DNA of 64,000 nucleotides from Macrostomum hystrix. Taxonomy: Eukaryota > Animalia > Platyhelminthes. This document shows, in pieces, positions 62,989 to 64,000 of this stretch (the stretch's first letter is position 1; every line of letters starts with the position of its first letter). Where the stretch lies: the NCBI GenBank assembly GCA_950097015.1, contig CATNEN010000002.1:1984001-2048000 (forward strand). The letters are read 5' to 3'. Position numbers and translations under genes: made by a program. Under the pieces are notes generated by a model. That model was not told the DNA's origin and did no database searches. It saw only the letters and a list, made by a program, of their open reading frames with translations.

Positions 62989-64000
62989 TCATTGATTCCT
63001 TCGCCTCAATATGAAATAGGCAAAACCGAGAGCCATCGCCAGCGAGAGCGCAGTCGCTAGCGGAATAATAATATCCGCAATGTCCGGAGCTCGTGTGCTG
63101 GCCACCTCAGTGCAGTTGGTTCCGGTGAAGCCAGATAGACACTTGCAAGCGTAAGTCAGAGTTTCCTGCCGTTCCGGATCGCCGGATATCATGCAGAGGC
63201 CTCCGTTCTGACAGGGCAAAGATCGACAGGGGCTAGTGTTCTGGCAGACTTTTCCGAGAAATCCCGAAGCACAGTAACAATGATAGTTATACAAGCCTAG
63301 CCGGTTGGAACAGGTGCCTCCATTGAGGCAAGGTGGTCCAGTCTGAAGATTTTTGCAGGTGTCCCACTCATATCGACAAGTTCTTCCCTCGTATCCTCGA
63401 GTACAGTTGCACTTCGGATAAAGCAGGTCCCATTGCCGAAAGATGCAGACGCCGCTGTTTAGGCAGGGGCAATCTTGCTGCCGACAGCCGGGTCCAGAGT
63501 CTGGCAAGTCCTTCACTTTGATAGTCTTCAGGAAGTCCGTTTGGTTTAGCAGCTCCGATTTGGTGTGCAACGGCACTTTGACGATCTGGTCCAGACTCGC
63601 ATTGGCAATGCAGCCTCGATAATCATCGCCGATGTGAAAACTCGTACTTCTACCCCATGGAAATCGTCCAGTGAAGTTGCTTGGCAATCGCTCGACAAAC
63701 CGACCGTCCAACACGATCTGCCCACCGCCCTCTGTCTGCATTTTCAGGTGATGCCACTCTCCGTCGTTGATGACTGGTTCCTTCATGTTGATATATATTT
63801 TTGTGGACTCGTTGCTTACCTTCCAACTCAGTTTTACACGAAGCGTCGCATTTGATCCAGAAAAGTCCACCCCGATATACTCATTGTTACCGTTCATTAG
63901 AGTAATCAGAGCATATGGGGATCTGATGGAGGTGCGGAACTCCAGCTCAAATTGCTTCAGAAACGGCTCCGAAGTGTTCGGCGCTCTAATGAGTTTGTAG
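62989..64000 (-). CDS. C-terminal part of a laminin-G / 3x EGF / single-TM cell-surface protein (5'-partial; Crumbs/Eys/cadherin-associated architecture)
   Basis: The frame is open to the window end (YKLIRAPNTSEPFLKQFELEFRT...). LamG motifs are LEFRT, VINDGEWHHL and FHIGDDYRGCI. Three EGF repeats (CLNSGVC...CNCTRGYEGRTC; CLNGGTC...CYCASGFLGKVC; CQNGGLC...CKCLSGFTGTNC) precede the TM IIIPLATALSLAMALGFAYFIL and the tail RRRNQ-stop. Confidence 0.9.
   Translation of the reverse strand, partial: YKLIRAPNTSEPFLKQFELEFRTSIRSPYALITLMNGNNEYIGVDFSGSNATLRVKLSWKVSNESTKIYINMKEPVINDGEWHHLKMQTEGGGQIVLDGRFVERLPSNFTGRFPWGRSTSFHIGDDYRGCIANASLDQIVKVPLHTKSELLNQTDFLKTIKVKDLPDSGPGCRQQDCPCLNSGVCIFRQWDLLYPKCNCTRGYEGRTCRYEWDTCKNLQTGPPCLNGGTCSNRLGLYNYHCYCASGFLGKVCQNTSPCRSLPCQNGGLCMISGDPERQETLTYACKCLSGFTGTNCTEVASTRAPDIADIIIPLATALSLAMALGFAYFILRRRNQ

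Overview
Eukaryotic (invertebrate animal) genomic DNA with GT-AG introns, GC-rich exons and very dense minisatellites. The style suggests a free-living flatworm such as Macrostomum, but that is inference only. Seven protein-coding genes are supported. (1) A giant apolipophorin/apoB-like large lipid transfer protein (minus strand, 4 exons, at least 3,676 codons, running off the window start). Its more than 10.1-kb last visible exon is missing from the ORF track because it has no stop codon in the window. (2) An intronless prohormone convertase 2. (3) An intronless class A peptide-receptor-like GPCR fused to an unrecognised ectodomain of about 410 aa. (4) A two-exon DHHC palmitoyltransferase. 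(5) A two-exon cation-dependent M6P-receptor-like protein. (6) A six-exon ACSL3/4-type acyl-CoA synthetase. (7) The 3' end of a LamG-EGF-EGF-EGF-TM protein with almost no cytoplasmic tail. Non-coding DNA holds about 18 tandem arrays, a hAT MITE (16-bp TIR, 8-bp TSD) carrying a satellite, a Mutator-type MITE (9-bp TSD) and tRNA-derived SINE heads. The best leads are the orphan-ectodomain GPCR, introns inflated from about 110 bp by private minisatellites, transposon-borne satellites, and a 67-bp templated copy of the GPCR inserted in a nearby repeat. There are no CRISPR arrays, rRNA genes or intact tRNA genes. Exon boundaries were read by hand and array ends are approximate.
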